DNA of 62,868 bases, filler included, from Collodictyon triciliatum (Eukaryota), in the NCBI GenBank assembly GCA_043381765.1. It is 51 parts of 51 records of this genome, joined end to end, with 100 filler letters (N's around TTAATTAATTAA, not from the genome) between each part and the next. Parts side by side here need not be neighbours in the genome. Positions count along the whole stretch, not along the records: positions 1 to 1,139 come from JBHJMP010012140.1; positions 1,240 to 2,378 come from JBHJMP010012141.1; positions 2,479 to 3,617 come from JBHJMP010012142.1; positions 3,718 to 4,856 come from JBHJMP010012143.1; positions 4,957 to 6,095 come from JBHJMP010012144.1; positions 6,196 to 7,333 come from JBHJMP010012145.1; positions 7,434 to 8,571 come from JBHJMP010012146.1; positions 8,672 to 9,809 come from JBHJMP010012147.1; 43 more parts are not named here. The stretch is one strand, 5' to 3'. Made by a program: the position numbers and the translations under genes. Position 1 is the stretch's first letter, and every line of letters starts with the position of its first letter. The notes under the pieces were generated by a model, which worked only from the letters and a program-made list of their open reading frames with translations, did not search any database and was not told where the DNA came from. Positions 1 through 13,804 of the stretch are shown one piece after another.

Positions 1-1062
1 CACTTGGCATAACTTTACCATTGACTGTAAGACGGGCTTGTGAAAGTCCCTCAATTGCATGCATTCTATCCGTGCCTAAAAATCTTAAAGATCCTTGTTC
101 GGTGTTTCGTGTAAAAATACAATAAATTGCATTAATATTTGAATACTGAACCGAAATATTCTGATTAACCCAACCATTTTGTCCTCTGTTAATTGGAAAT
201 TGGGTAATAAAATATGTATCTATGGGAATCTGCAAATTGTTATTTATCAAATGTTGTGAAAAGCATGGTTATATGACGGTTCCGTTTGAATATAATTAAT
301 ATTCATGTGAATGTTTGAAAGTGTATAACTTAATGTAGTTGCAGTAGAAGCTTCAAAATTTGTGTGGTTGTATGACTTTGTAGTAGTATTTGTTAACAAA
401 CCGTGAGTAAAATATTCACTAGCTGGTGACATCCAAATACGAATTTCCAACGAATTGGGACCCAGTAGATAAGCTGGAAGCAATGTTTTAATATTCATCA
501 AACCCAGGTATCGAAGTGTAAATCCAATTTTAACAATATTACTATTAGTTCCAGACGCTCCAACTAAAAATAATCGTGATTTTTATAGGATAGATTGCCC
601 TATACCCATTCCACCACTCATAAGATTCACCCAATTCTGATTATTACACCAATTGTGCTTAAAAGTCTCAAGATATGAATAGTTGTCTATTCGTTCGAGC
701 TCACTTCCATTGAGATAAACAGTGATGCGATACACAAAAGACTCGTAACTTTCACAAGGAGCTAGAATTGGCAAAGCGACTACCCCGTTTGTATTAATAC
801 TTGTAAGTTTCAAATTGTTATAATTCGCTGCATTAGCATCAAGGATTTTTACCTGTAAATCAGCCACAATATGGGCGCTATCCATATGTATACTCCATTC
901 ATTATCTATTGGAACTCTAAAAACAATTTGAGGACCAGATGAAAATTTTGCTGTCTGCTCCGTTCCATTTGAGGGCAGTACTTGTCTCATTTGTTTTTCC
1001 AAAATGGTTTTCTTTTTTGACGATACATATCTAAACTGTAGCTCCTCCGGTAGTGAATCCAT
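1..1062 (-). pseudogene. Polinton-like virus double-jelly-roll major capsid protein, N-terminal part (3' partial), disrupted
   Basis: Starts MDSLPEELQF..VLPSNG..IVFRVP and contains ESFVYRITVYLNGSELERIDNYSYL. After an in-frame TAA (583-585) the same frame continues KSRLFLVG..KTLLPAYLLGPNSLEIRIWM..YTLSNIHMNINYIQ. After a 1-nt frameshift near 255-265 it continues QHLINNNLQIPIDTYF..NISVQYSNINAIYCIFTRNTEQGSLRFLGTDRMH..ARLTVNGKVMP to the contig end. No introns. Confidence 0.82.
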
Positions 1063-1139
1063 ATTCTAAAAAAGAAAATAATTTTCTAACTAGTAACCAA
1101 TTTTATTTCTGATATTGTCGTCGTATGATTTTTAACTTT

Positions 1140-1239
1140 NNNNNNNNNNNNNNNNNNNNNNNNNNNNNNNNNNNNNNNNNNNNTTAATTAATTAANNNNN
1201 NNNNNNNNNNNNNNNNNNNNNNNNNNNNNNNNNNNNNNN
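1140..1239. other. Artificial contig-joining spacer (first of 50): N44-TTAATTAATTAA-N44
   Basis: The same 100-bp spacer recurs about every 1.23-1.24 kb up to 61641-61740. TTAATTAATTAA puts stops in all six frames. Confidence 0.99.
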
Positions 1240-1677
1240 GCTGCTCTGGGGTGTTCCTGATGCAGTCCCTGTCTCTTGGGACGTAGGTGAGAGATAGAGC
1301 GAGTCGTTGCTGGAGTTTGCTTCTTTAGGGCTATTCGATTTTTGCACGTGCTTTGCTGGAGTCACATCAGGGCTCCTATGGAGCATGAAGCTGGCTATGT
1401 TTGGTTGTCTTGACGAGTTGGATTGAGGCGCTGGTGAAGGTCTTTCTACTCTCGGTGGTTTAGATTGGTGTTTGGAGCTCAGGTTTACTGTTGGTGTCTT
1501 CCTCTCAGGGGTTCTTCCAGGCGAAGAAGCTGTGTCTTGCTCTGTTTGTTCGGTTGGTTTCAGGATGACGCGCATTTCCAAATTCTCACCTACTTTCTTT
1601 GGGAGTTCCTTGCGAGAGGAGCTTCTTGGTTGGGTGGTGGTAATGGACTGAGGTGGCTCATCGTCTTCTTCTTCCAT
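1240..1677 (-). CDS. Ser/Pro/Thr-rich disordered ORF fragment, possibly a degenerate retroelement ORF1 (3' partial)
   Basis: Open frame to the contig end. Upstream frames contain stops and a Cys-rich stretch (CNSCGDC..HCKGEC). No diagnostic motif. Confidence 0.25.
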
Positions 1678-2478
1678 GGCTTCGGGTGATGGTGTCCGGG
1701 AGGGTTGGGCCCGCCTTTCACCCCTCGACTACGCGGGTTACAAGATACCCCCAAGGAAATCAAAGTCACATTCTCCTTTGCAGTGGTTCACTCTTCTTCT
1801 GATGAACAGACAGCTTTAGACTCTGGCCGCTTTCTCTCTCTTTAACTCTTTTCCCCTCTCTTTTCTGGCGCAATCACCGCACGAATTACAAAGTCGGCTC
1901 GCATCCACTTCGTAGGCCGACAAGCTTCAAGCGCTGGCCACGGACGTTTTACATGGTTTTGTCTCTGAGAACTTTCTATGTGGTGTGTTGTTGGATGCTC
2001 AGTGTTTTCTTGTCATCTTGTGCAATCTTTGCATATCACCTCCAAGGTGTAGGTTGACCGAGACAATACCCATGAAGCTACATTCTTCCCTCACTTTTTG
2101 TTATGTATAGCGCGATGCATTAACTTGTGCTCACCAGGATTTGCTTTTGGTACATTATCTCAAGGAAGCCACCAACAGAACTGAATCTATGACCCGGTTG
2201 TTGTCGCCGTCATTGTGATTCTTTCATTACCCAAGTATTTATGTTGTTGGTCTTTGCTTTCAACCATTCATTCTCCTTCCCCTTTGGTTTTGCACAAAAA
2301 CCACACGAATGGCAACCAAGCCGAGCTCAGGTGCGGTGAGCGCAAGCGAAACGCACAAGAGCGAGGTGCCTCAACTTGNNNNNNNNNNNNNNNNNNNNNN
2401 NNNNNNNNNNNNNNNNNNNNNNTTAATTAATTAANNNNNNNNNNNNNNNNNNNNNNNNNNNNNNNNNNNNNNNNNNNN

Positions 2479-2581
2479 AATCAAGAGAATCAAGAGAATC
2501 AAGAGAATCAAGAGAATCAAGAGAATCAAGAGAATCAAGAGAATCAAGAGAATCAAGAGAATCAAGAGAATCAAGAGAATC
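2479..2581 (+). repeat. (AATCAAGAG)n 9-bp tandem repeat
   Basis: About 11 consecutive copies at the contig start. Confidence 0.95.
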
Positions 2582-5500
2582 AGGAAAATACAGAGGAGAA
2601 TCAAGAAAACTCAGATGAGAAATCCTTCGATGTATCGATCGGAGAAGCAGAAGGCATTCCAGCTGAGAATGTTTCGGGGGAACACCCGAAAGTTGCTGAA
2701 GCCCCATCTGATTAGACTTGGCTGATGCACAAGAAACGCCTTTCAACAGATTTAGTTCTCCCATATTCTCTTCAGCACGATTCACAAAGAAAAAGTGAGA
2801 AAGAACCCATTTGCCCGCCTGATTCATTTGTATCCGCCCTTACAAGACATCCGCTTTTTATTGTTTCACCCTTCTTTTTTCTTCTTCCTAACAGCCCAAC
2901 TCCAGTGGATTCTATACTAACCCTCTTTTGCGAAAGATGTCATTCATATGAAATAATATGCGCAAAAAAAGCGCTCGTCTTCTTGCTTTCAGCAAGCGGG
3001 AGCCTCCCACCGAATAAAACAGAAGCATGAGAGCATAGTAACATTTTCACATACAACCAGACAGAAAACAACAGTTTCTCAGCCAAATATCATCCCAACA
3101 AAGACATCTTTTCATCATTCTCTCACAGAGCTCGACTGAGTATTTGATACAACGCTGATGACATCATGCACCTTCCACCAAAGCCTACACCATACATTAC
3201 CGCACTTATAAACCAGAGTTGGATTTGGTATGTGATGTCTTTTTCTTTGTTTCTATCTTTTTCTGGCTCCAGAGCCGTGCCTTTATTATTGCAGTTTGCT
3301 TGTTTCTGTGGCAATGTCCACGTCGTCGTCCTCATCGATGGAAAACTTGACCGGGGGCCTGCAAAAGACAAAAGGAAACTGGAAGGTTAAAATGCTGTCA
3401 AGAGCAATACCGGGCATACATAAATGAATCCTTGTGCAAGAGAAATATGAATGACTCTCGGCCGCATGGCAGAATGAGCGCTTGGTTAGGAAAAGGCGAG
3501 TGGATAGAGTCCCTTGTGAGAAAGAAAAAAAGAAAGAAAAAAAGAAAGAAAAAAAGAAAGAAAAAAAGAAAGAAAAAAAGAAAGAAAAAAAGAAAGAAAA
3601 AAAGAAAGAAAAAAAGANNNNNNNNNNNNNNNNNNNNNNNNNNNNNNNNNNNNNNNNNNNNTTAATTAATTAANNNNNNNNNNNNNNNNNNNNNNNNNNN
3701 NNNNNNNNNNNNNNNNNTAAGTAATAGGAAACTTATATTGAATTATTTTTTCCACTTTTGTTTTTTTAATAAAAAAATGAAGAAAAATTCAGTACCTTTC
3801 AACACCAGCTGCTTTGCCTTACATGCAAATTTTTTTGAGAAAAGCAAATATTATTGTTAAGGTTTATTCTTTATTTATTTCTATGCTTCGGAACCACACT
3901 TGGCATCCCTAACACACCACTCATTATATCTTGTATAATGCCAGAAAAAAGATTTGGAGCCATTTTTTTTCTTCACATGCGGGTTCCCATGGGTTAAATA
4001 GAGTTTGCATCCCATGAAATCATACTATAGCCGAGCAACTGGTTAAATTTAATGTAATTTTTTTGGATTAATATATGCGCTCCATAAACCAGAGATTCTA
4101 TTATTTAAATTATATGAAGATAGCAAAGGTATGAATAGGACTCTGAAATAATAATTATATTTGCGCATATTATATCCTCTTTGTAGCCTAATTTTTCTTT
4201 GGTGATAAAATACTCGAGAATTAAGCATGCATTTTGTTAGATTTATTGTTCGACTGTATAATGCTGTTTTGGTTCTAAAGACATACATATACCAAGTTCA
4301 TGTAATCTTCCAATTAAATGTGTTCCTTTTTCACTAATGTTTTTGCATCTCACACCTTCCAATCATCATATTTCAAGTAGCTTTTCATCATATATTGAAC
4401 ATCATATACCGTTTCTATTTTCCATTTATTTTTGAAGTTAGAGTGTTTCAGTTCTTATAGATTGAAAGATTGGTTATCGTGTGTAATACCAGTCCTTAGA
4501 TCGAGTATGAATTGTTTAATAAGAAAAGAAATCTATATTTTTCATACGTTGCCGTATGCGATTGCTTTGTATTTATTTTTGTCTGAATCCTCTGAATATG
4601 TTTTGCATATATGTCTGGAGCTATCTTATTTAATACTAATTATTCTCATATATTTAATACACTTGGCAAACAAATAGTTTGGCGACACAATTTCGTTTAA
4701 TACAGACAAATTATCATGTAATGGACTATATTGAGAAACCACTCATCTTTTACATAAAATATGCATCATTGATTGAGTTTTTCCTCATATATGTCTTTTT
4801 TTTTTTAAAAGGATGCTAATTTATACGTCAGGCTTGATGGATTATTCTCCCCTTTTNNNNNNNNNNNNNNNNNNNNNNNNNNNNNNNNNNNNNNNNNNNN
4901 TTAATTAATTAANNNNNNNNNNNNNNNNNNNNNNNNNNNNNNNNNNNNNNNNNNNNGGAGGGAATATCAAGGGTGTTCCAAGTATAGGATTGTTGTACTC
5001 AAATCGTCTATGCATGAAAACTTTTGGATGAGACACACCATCTAATATTAAAGATGATAAAATATTAATATAAATATATATTTGTTACTGGGACGGTGGT
5101 TGATGTTTTTGCTGGATTTGTTCATTGTTTCTCTTCACATTGATTTCTCTGTAAGAATTCACACCATATTGTCTCGCATACTTTTCTAATTTTGACATTT
5201 AGTTATTGCCACACAAGGTCAACCCACCAAAAAAAAAAAAGCTACTGCCAAGCGGTTCATCACCAAACAAGCGACCACCAACAAACAAAATGCCAACACT
5301 CGCTTCTCAGGCTTCCACACAAAAGCAGCCGACTTCAGCGCTAAAGTCTGGCCAACCGTGCAGGAATCGTCTGCGCAAAACAAGTCCAGAGCCCACAAAC
5401 AAGGCAAAAGGCAAGGCGTTCCATCTTCTAATATCAGAGGGAGACATCGTGACAAGAAATCCGTGGATGAAGTGCTCGATGTCTTAATCAAGAAAAAGGT

Positions 5501-6195
5501 TCAGGGAGCGGCCCTAAAATCAAGAAATTGATATGGAAAAGATGGATTAATCACCAGGCGATTTGCCCGAAAGTGCGTCGTCAAGTTCGCCAATGAACAT
5601 AGTGGAGGAAGTAATATCAGTATTGAAATCACTTTTTTCGGAGAAGGAGGAAACATCGCATGCCTCCAAGATTTCCAACCACCCCAAAGCCGATGATATC
5701 TTGCTAAATTCACATTCAAATTATGAAGTGGTTGCCGAGGAAGGGAAACTCAAGCCAACTCGGTAACAAAATCGGGAAACAGCATAATGGCACCCAGAAA
5801 ACCACACCCGCCTGCCACCTTAGAGGTCATGGCTCCTGGAACCACCCAAGAGACTCTTTCTCCAGCAAGTACTGCGCAATCCATCAGAAGCGACGTCCCA
5901 GACTCGGGATTGGAAGAACAACAGTCCATCCAACCTGTCGTCATCATAGAAGGTTCTGCTGAAGAAGAAAGTGAACACCTTGAAGCTTCGAGAACGACAA
6001 ATTACTCCTCAAGTACTGTTTATGGGACCAGACCTGCTGTCGAAACTCTTGCGACTCCCCAGCGAGAAACGGCTTCCTATCCAAGAAAAAGAAACNNNNN
6101 NNNNNNNNNNNNNNNNNNNNNNNNNNNNNNNNNNNNNNNTTAATTAATTAANNNNNNNNNNNNNNNNNNNNNNNNNNNNNNNNNNNNNNNNNNNN

Positions 6196-7104
6196 ATCTT
6201 CCAAGTCCACGGACAGATACGATAGCTTGATAATCAATATTATTGCAAGTGACCCGAGAATACTAAAAATGCATATTAATATCAAGTAAGTGGCTCTTTT
6301 GAATATAAATGAATCAATCAGTAGCAAATATAAGCAGCTAGAAAAGTAGTGCACACATCCCATGAAGACTGCAATGTCTCCTTCCCAGATGTATATAATG
6401 TAGATGTTGGATACGACCATATGGAACAGTAAATACCAGAAGTTGAATGACACGACAGCGTATTTGAGAATATGGATATTAACAAATGCAAAATGACACG
6501 AAAGAAAGTATACCGTATATACCATTTGCAATGGGATGTAAACGCTGATAGGTAAAAGGTTGATTTTACAAAATGTCAGAAATGTTACAATAGCTATTGT
6601 AATCCAAACGATGTGGTTTATGATAATAGTAATTTTATTATTCCAGACCCATTTGTACATAAATTGCATGACACTAGGATTCAGGAATCTTGAGTAGATT
6701 GTATTTCTCTTTTTGATGAGTTGATAGTTGAGACCCAGCACAAGCTTTATATTTTCCCTACGTCTGGCTGAAATGGTTCCTGCAGGCATCTCATCACTGA
6801 TTTCCTGCTGTTCTTGTACTTGTGCTGTTGAAGAGTGACCAGTTTTTGGTCTTCTGTATTCAGCATTTTCATGGGGTATATCCTGTCGATTCTCACTCTC
6901 TTTTGCAGTGGAAACGCGGTGTTCGTCATAATTCTCTACTTCTTTTGCAACATCTGGTTTTTCTTTCAGTGTGTTCGTTACTCTATTTCTGTCTCTGTCT
7001 TGAAGGATATCCATATCTTCGATCTGAAGCTGGAACAGGCTCGTATTTGCCACTCCATTCATCTGCGACTTTAAAAAGAAAACGTATTTGCTTTGAGTAT
7101 GCAA
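6196..7104 (-). CDS. Multi-pass membrane protein, long exon (partial)
   Basis: About 300 open codons: a charged N-terminal region, then 5-6 hydrophobic segments (IIINHIVWITIAIVTFLTF, VYIPLQMVYTVYFLSCHFAFV, ILICIFSILGSLAIILII). Confidence 0.65.
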
Positions 7105-7433
7105 GAATATTGGAGAGGGTTATGGTCTTTATTTTCTCAGATTTTTATTAACTATCATTGTCAGTTCCTGAATCTCTGTTTAATTGCGCTGCTTTTTATG
7201 CTGTTTTCCTTTATTTCTCTCTCTTTTTTCTCTCTCTTTTTTCTCTCTCTTTTTTCTCTCTCTTTTTTCTCTCTCTTTTTTCTCTCTCTTTTTTCTCTCT
7301 CTTTTTTCTCTCTCTTTTTTCTCTCTCTTTTTTNNNNNNNNNNNNNNNNNNNNNNNNNNNNNNNNNNNNNNNNNNNNTTAATTAATTAANNNNNNNNNNN
7401 NNNNNNNNNNNNNNNNNNNNNNNNNNNNNNNNN

Positions 7434-8403
7434 CGTGTCATAATGCCGTGTCATAAACCTGTTACATAATCCCGTGTCATAATCTCGTGCATAATCCCGT
7501 ATCAAAATCCCATTGCATAATCCCGTATCATAATCCCGTAGCATAATCCCGTATCATAATCCCGTATCATAATTCCGTGCCATAATGCCGTGTCATAATG
7601 CCGTGTCATAAACCTGTTACATAATCCCGTGTCATAATCTCGTGCATAATCCCGTATCAAAATCCCATTGCATAATCCCGTATCATAGTCCCATGCATAA
7701 TCCCGTATTATAATCCCGTGGCATAATCCCGTGTCATAATCCCGTAGTATCATAATCCCGTAGTATCATAATCCCGTGTCATAATCCCATGTATAATCCC
7801 GTGGCATAATCCCGTGGAATAATCCAGTATCATAATCCCGTGACATAATCCCGTAGCATAATCCATGTCAAAATACCGTGGCATAATCCTGTATCTTAAT
7901 CCTGTGCATAATCCCGTGACATAATCCCGTGTCATAATCCCGTAGTGTCATAATCCAGTATCTTAATCCCGTGGCATAATCCCGTGGTATCATAATCCCG
8001 TGGCATAATCCCGTGGCATAATCCCGTGTCATAAACCCAGTATCATAATCCCGTATCATAATCCCGTGACAAAATCCCGTATCATAATCCCGTGTCAAAA
8101 TCCCGTGGCATAATCCAATATCATAATCCCGTGTCAAAATCCCGTGGCATAATCCAGTATCATAATCCCGTGCATAATCCCGTGCATAATCCCGTGCATA
8201 ATCCCGTCTCATAATCCCGTGTCATAATTCCGTAGTATAATCCTGTGTCATAATCCCGTGCATAATCCCGTGGCATAATCCCGTGACATAATCCCGTAGC
8301 ATAATCCCGTGTCATAAACCCAGTATCATAATCCCGTATCATAATCCCATGCATAATCCCGTGTCATAATCCCGTGTCATAATCCCGTGTTATAATCCCG
8401 TAG
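7434..8403 (+). repeat. Degenerate ~13-bp minisatellite, consensus CATAATCCCGT(G/A)(T/G)
   Basis: About 970 bp of tandem variants of CATAATCCCGTNN, with a duplicated block (7434 to about 7530 repeated from 7589). Confidence 0.95.
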
Positions 8404-8671
8404 CAAGTCTCATCAGGAGCTGCTACATGGACATATTTATAAAAAAAAAAGTTCAGTACATCTTAAACTCCATTTTTTTTTTGATTTTTTCACCTTCCAC
8501 TTTTCTATTTCGTTATTTTCTATTTTCTCTTTTTGATTTCCCTTCCTTCACGCAACTCATTTTGCCCCTTGNNNNNNNNNNNNNNNNNNNNNNNNNNNNN
8601 NNNNNNNNNNNNNNNTTAATTAATTAANNNNNNNNNNNNNNNNNNNNNNNNNNNNNNNNNNNNNNNNNNNN

Positions 8672-9218
8672 CCGGCAGAGATACAATTTCATTGTTGCTG
8701 GTGTTCAAAAAGGTCAGCTTCAGGAGTCCAGAGACTTCTTCTGGTAACATTGATATCCTATTATTCGATATGTCCAACATACTGAGTGTTTTTAGGGCTG
8801 ATAGTCCATTTGGCAAAGTCGAGAGCTGGTTGTAGCGCGCATTGAGACTGCACAACTGCAAAAACCTGGATATCCCATCGGGTAGACTTTGAAGCTTATT
8901 GTAAGTAACATCAAGAATCGTAAGTGTTATTAGCAATGAGATTTCATCCGGTAGCTGTAACAACTGATTGTACGAAATATTCAACACTTGAATCCGACTT
9001 AGCCTAGAAACTTCACCGTGCAGTGATGGGAATTGGTTATTGGATATATTGAGTTCTATCAGTCGATTCAACTCAAAAATCCCCACAGGCACAGACGTCA
9101 GTTTTTTGTTCTCGAGAACTAGCCGAGTGCATTTTTCAAAAAAGTCGAAAAAGCCCTTTGGTTCGTAAAGCGGGCTTATTCTCTTGAGCTCTTTCAGTCG
9201 CGCTCTTCGATCTGTCAT
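8672..9218 (-). CDS. Leucine-rich repeat protein, N-terminal LRRs (3' partial)
   Basis: About 7 tandem 23-aa repeats LxxLxxLnISxNqLxxLPxxI. No introns. Confidence 0.9.
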
Positions 9219-9712
9219 TGCTCGGAGTCTGCTTAAGTGAAAAGAGAGAAAGGGTTGACAGGTGGGAACTGGCCGAATCTTTGGACCTGTGCTGGGCGAG
9301 AAAAGGGCTATGAGTATGGGGTTTCAATCCGTTCGGCCAAGGTTTGGTGAGAATTGTTTGCTCTTTGGCGTATTTGCAATTGTGAAAAGAGAACGGCATC
9401 CAAACCCAGCGCAAAGCTGCTTTTGTGGGATTGCCGGATGCAAACGTTTTTTTCTCTGACAAAAAACAAAAAACAAAAAACCGTTTATATTCTGTAATCC
9501 AATTATCCAAAAATTCAAAAATTCAAAAATTCAAAAATCCAAAAATCTGTATTATTGACGCAGTACATCTTCCTCTCCGTTCTTCGTGTGGGTATTACGA
9601 GAGACTCATCGCGTACAGATTGCGTGACTGTAATAATCCCTCAGCTATCTGAAAGACAATAAAGTCTTCGAATTATAAACACAACAATAATAATCATAAT
9701 CACAATAACAAT

Positions 9713-9809
9713 GATAATGATAATGATAATGATAATGATAATGATAATGATAATGATAATGATAATGATAATGATAATGATAATGATAATGATAATGATA
9801 ATGATAATG
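9713..9809 (+). repeat. (GATAAT)n microsatellite
   Basis: Perfect hexamer run to the contig end. Confidence 0.95.
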
Positions 9810-9910
9810 NNNNNNNNNNNNNNNNNNNNNNNNNNNNNNNNNNNNNNNNNNNNTTAATTAATTAANNNNNNNNNNNNNNNNNNNNNNNNNNNNNNNNNNN
9901 NNNNNNNNNA

Positions 9911-11047
9911 ACTAATTTTAATATTGGTTTAAATACTTCTAATAATACAAATATGAAAACAGTTAATGTAAATGGTCCTAGTAATTTTAATGCTTATACT
10001 CCCAATTATTCATTAATATTAACGCCTACTTTATCGTGCACATTTGATCCTACGGGCACAGCTTCTATATTATTCGGTATTGCGTGTAATACTAATAATG
10101 GAGTTTATGTTATAGCTAGTAATACTTCAACAGCAGGACATCAGCGATTATTTGTTTCAGAACCTAATAATTTAACTACATGGACGGCTATAACTAATAC
10201 TACTATAGCTTTAGATAATATACGAAATATTGTTTTTGGTAATAATATTTGGGCGTGTCTTTCACAGTCAACAGCAACGCGTACATTATATTATACTACT
10301 GATATTACAGCAAAGACTGGATGGACGCAAGTTGTAAATTCAGCGCCTTGGACAACATCGCGATCATTACAGCGTTTAAAATTTATCAATGGACAATTTA
10401 TAACTATTGATACGGGTTCAAGATATCGAGTTTCAACAGATTGTGTGGTTTGGTCTTTCGAAATTTCGATGACGACGACCGCTTATTCAATGGCCGATAT
10501 AACATATTCTCCCGAATTAAGAAGATATGTTGCGGTGACTAATAATGCTATTTTATATTATGATGGTACAACTTTACCAACAACAGGAAGTAATCTATTT
10601 ACTCAAGTTATAACAACTTCAAATTTAGCAGCGGTTGAGTGGTCTTCAAAATTGGGCATATTTACTACTAATCCATTAACAGCGAATGGATCATTTTTAA
10701 TATCAAAAGATGGTATAAATTGGACAAGTCCGGGAACTTTACCATGGATAAATAGAACTATAACATGGGTTAATGATTTTGGCGGGTTTTTTATGGCTTC
10801 ACCTCAACAAGCCACGAATAATCTTGCAATTAGCAGAGATGGTATAAATTGGCAAACTATAGCATTATCATTCACAGCTTTTGGAGCTTCAAATTATTAT
10901 AATTCTGTTACTAAAATGTTTGTATTTTCAGGTACTGATATAGCACATTATCGAGATGTCAACACTTTATTTTCTTCTTATGTTGATACTGATTTAATTT
11001 ATAATACTTTTAATTCTAATGTTAGATTTGACGATATTATTGAATAC
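9911..11047 (+). CDS. Viral-type fibre / beta-propeller protein with Asp-box-like repeats (partial at both ends)
   Basis: Frame open across the whole contig (TNFNIGLNTSNNTN precedes the ATG at 9953). No introns, A/T-ending codons, Thr/Asn/Ser-rich. Repeats VSTDCVVWS, ISKDGINWT, ISRDGINWQ and blade motifs ITYSPELRRYVAV, VEWSSKLGIF, ITWVNDFGGFF. Confidence 0.7.
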
Positions 11048-11371
11048 NNNNNNNNNNNNNNNNNNNNNNNNNNNNNNNNNNNNNNNNNNNNTTAATTAAT
11101 TAANNNNNNNNNNNNNNNNNNNNNNNNNNNNNNNNNNNNNNNNNNNNCACACTCACACTCACACTCACACTCACACTCACACTCACACTCACACTCACAC
11201 TCACACTCACACTCACACTCACACCCACACTCACACTCACACACAAACGAAAACAAAAAAAAAAGCTGACAAATAAACAAAATGGGAGAAAAAAGCGGTG
11301 CGCATGCGAGTGAGTCGATACTCGGTGCAGAAAAGTCAAAGAATGAAGGGCGTAATCGAAGAGCCTCACGA

Positions 11372-12070
11372 ACCTTCCCATTTCCCTGTATGCATTTGCG
11401 ATGGTCGAGTGCATGTGGCAGACGTCTTCGTTGTCTTGTCCGTGCACTGTTTTGAGGGACATGAGCACGCGGGTGTAGTAGTCCAAGGCAACCTTGTAGC
11501 TGATTGAAGGAAACACCATCAGCAAGCGATTCTTTCCCATGTGGCGGCTTCAGCCCTGGGTGGCTTTGCCCTCATGCATCGACAGAGACAGCAGATGGAA
11601 AGCATACAGAAACGGAGGCGATGACAAGAAGAAAACAGAAAACTAAGAACGTGGACATCATCGAGGTCATTACTTTCCAAGGTCTTTGTACAAATTTGCC
11701 AGGTTGATTTGGGTTGTGACAATGTTTTCGTTGTGAGGCTCGCAGAGATCTTCAAAAATGACGAGGCTCCGCGATGTATACTCTAGTGCTGACTTGAGTC
11801 TGCGTCATTTTCGTGCACACAGATACAAAGGAGAGAAATATGGACATGAGTGGGTTACTCCGTTTTATAATGTTGGTTTTGTAAAGCGTGTTCAATGAAT
11901 CAATCTCTTTCTGATCATCTGAATGCATATGAAGGATGAAATAAGCAGAAGATGATATCAATTGAAAAAAAATTCATGGCGCTTACTCTCCAATACAAAA
12001 GTATGTCCTTCCAACTTCTGAATAAAGCGAAGCCACCTCGATGTTATGCTTTCCCAATACTTTTTCAGTA
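11372..12070 (-). CDS. Kinesin-light-chain-type TPR protein, several internal exons (boundaries approximate)
   Basis: Exon translations VLGKHNIEVASLYSEVGRTY, RLKSALEYTSRSLVIFEDLCEPHNENIVTTQINLANLYKDLGK and YKVALDYYTRVLMSLKTVHGQDNEDVCHMHSTIANAYREMG match the KLC-type TPR pattern. Confidence 0.75.
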
Positions 12071-12195
12071 ACATCGACCAATTGCAGTAAACTTTGGAGG
12101 GTTCGATCATATCCCCTATTGGGAGGTTTTTATTAACTTTTTTATAAATTTTTTTTAAAAGTGCACTAATCGTCTTTCTCATACGAAAGGCTTCA

Positions 12196-12276
<81 letters not shown>

Positions 12277-12417
12277 AAGATATTTNNNNNNNNNNNNNNN
12301 NNNNNNNNNNNNNNNNNNNNNNNNNNNNNTTAATTAATTAANNNNNNNNNNNNNNNNNNNNNNNNNNNNNNNNNNNNNNNNNNNNAGAAAAAAGAAGAAA
12401 AAAGAAAAGAAACATAC

Positions 12418-13523
<1,106 letters not shown>

Positions 13524-13804
13524 NNNNNNNNNNNNNNNNNNNNNNNNNNNNNNNNNNNNNNNNNNNNTTAATTAATTAANNNNNNNNNNNNNNNNNNNNN
13601 NNNNNNNNNNNNNNNNNNNNNNNAATAACATAAGTCTGCCCTTTCACCTTGACTTCTTTTTTAAATTCACTCATACCATTTGCGTAGAAAATATTCTAGT
13701 ATATTCTAGAACATTGCACACAGATGTTGCCAAATCTGGACATTATCCTTATATAGATGGATTCAGGGGTATATAAAGGCGCAGGAAATTAAAAGACGGA
13801 ATAA

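Noticed and set aside
247-270. Programmed -1 ribosomal frameshift in the capsid gene
   Set aside because: No X-XXY-YYZ slippery heptamer at the shift (GCTTTTCAC). A 1-nt deletion is the simpler explanation.
583-585. In-frame TAA in the capsid gene as evidence of stop-codon reassignment or readthrough
   Set aside because: It is a single instance in a gene that also has a frameshift. Other long ORFs have no internal TAA/TAG, and TAA ends the second capsid gene and the GH5 gene normally.
3432-3673. ORF-track entries made of microsatellites or running into N spacers (poly-K, poly-I, FL, VC and similar, throughout the window)
   Set aside because: These are translations of simple repeats or Ns ending at the spacer stops, with no synonymous-site signal like the SQ array.
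3718-4856. Degenerate D5-like primase-helicase (FILDLRTG on the minus strand near 4490-4520)
   Set aside because: Only one short motif amid many stops and frameshifts, with no Walker A motif visible.
7434-8403. CRISPR-like array, or coding RDY-repeat ORFs
   Set aside because: There are no unique spacers, unit lengths are not multiples of three, and the ORFs switch frames and stop repeatedly.
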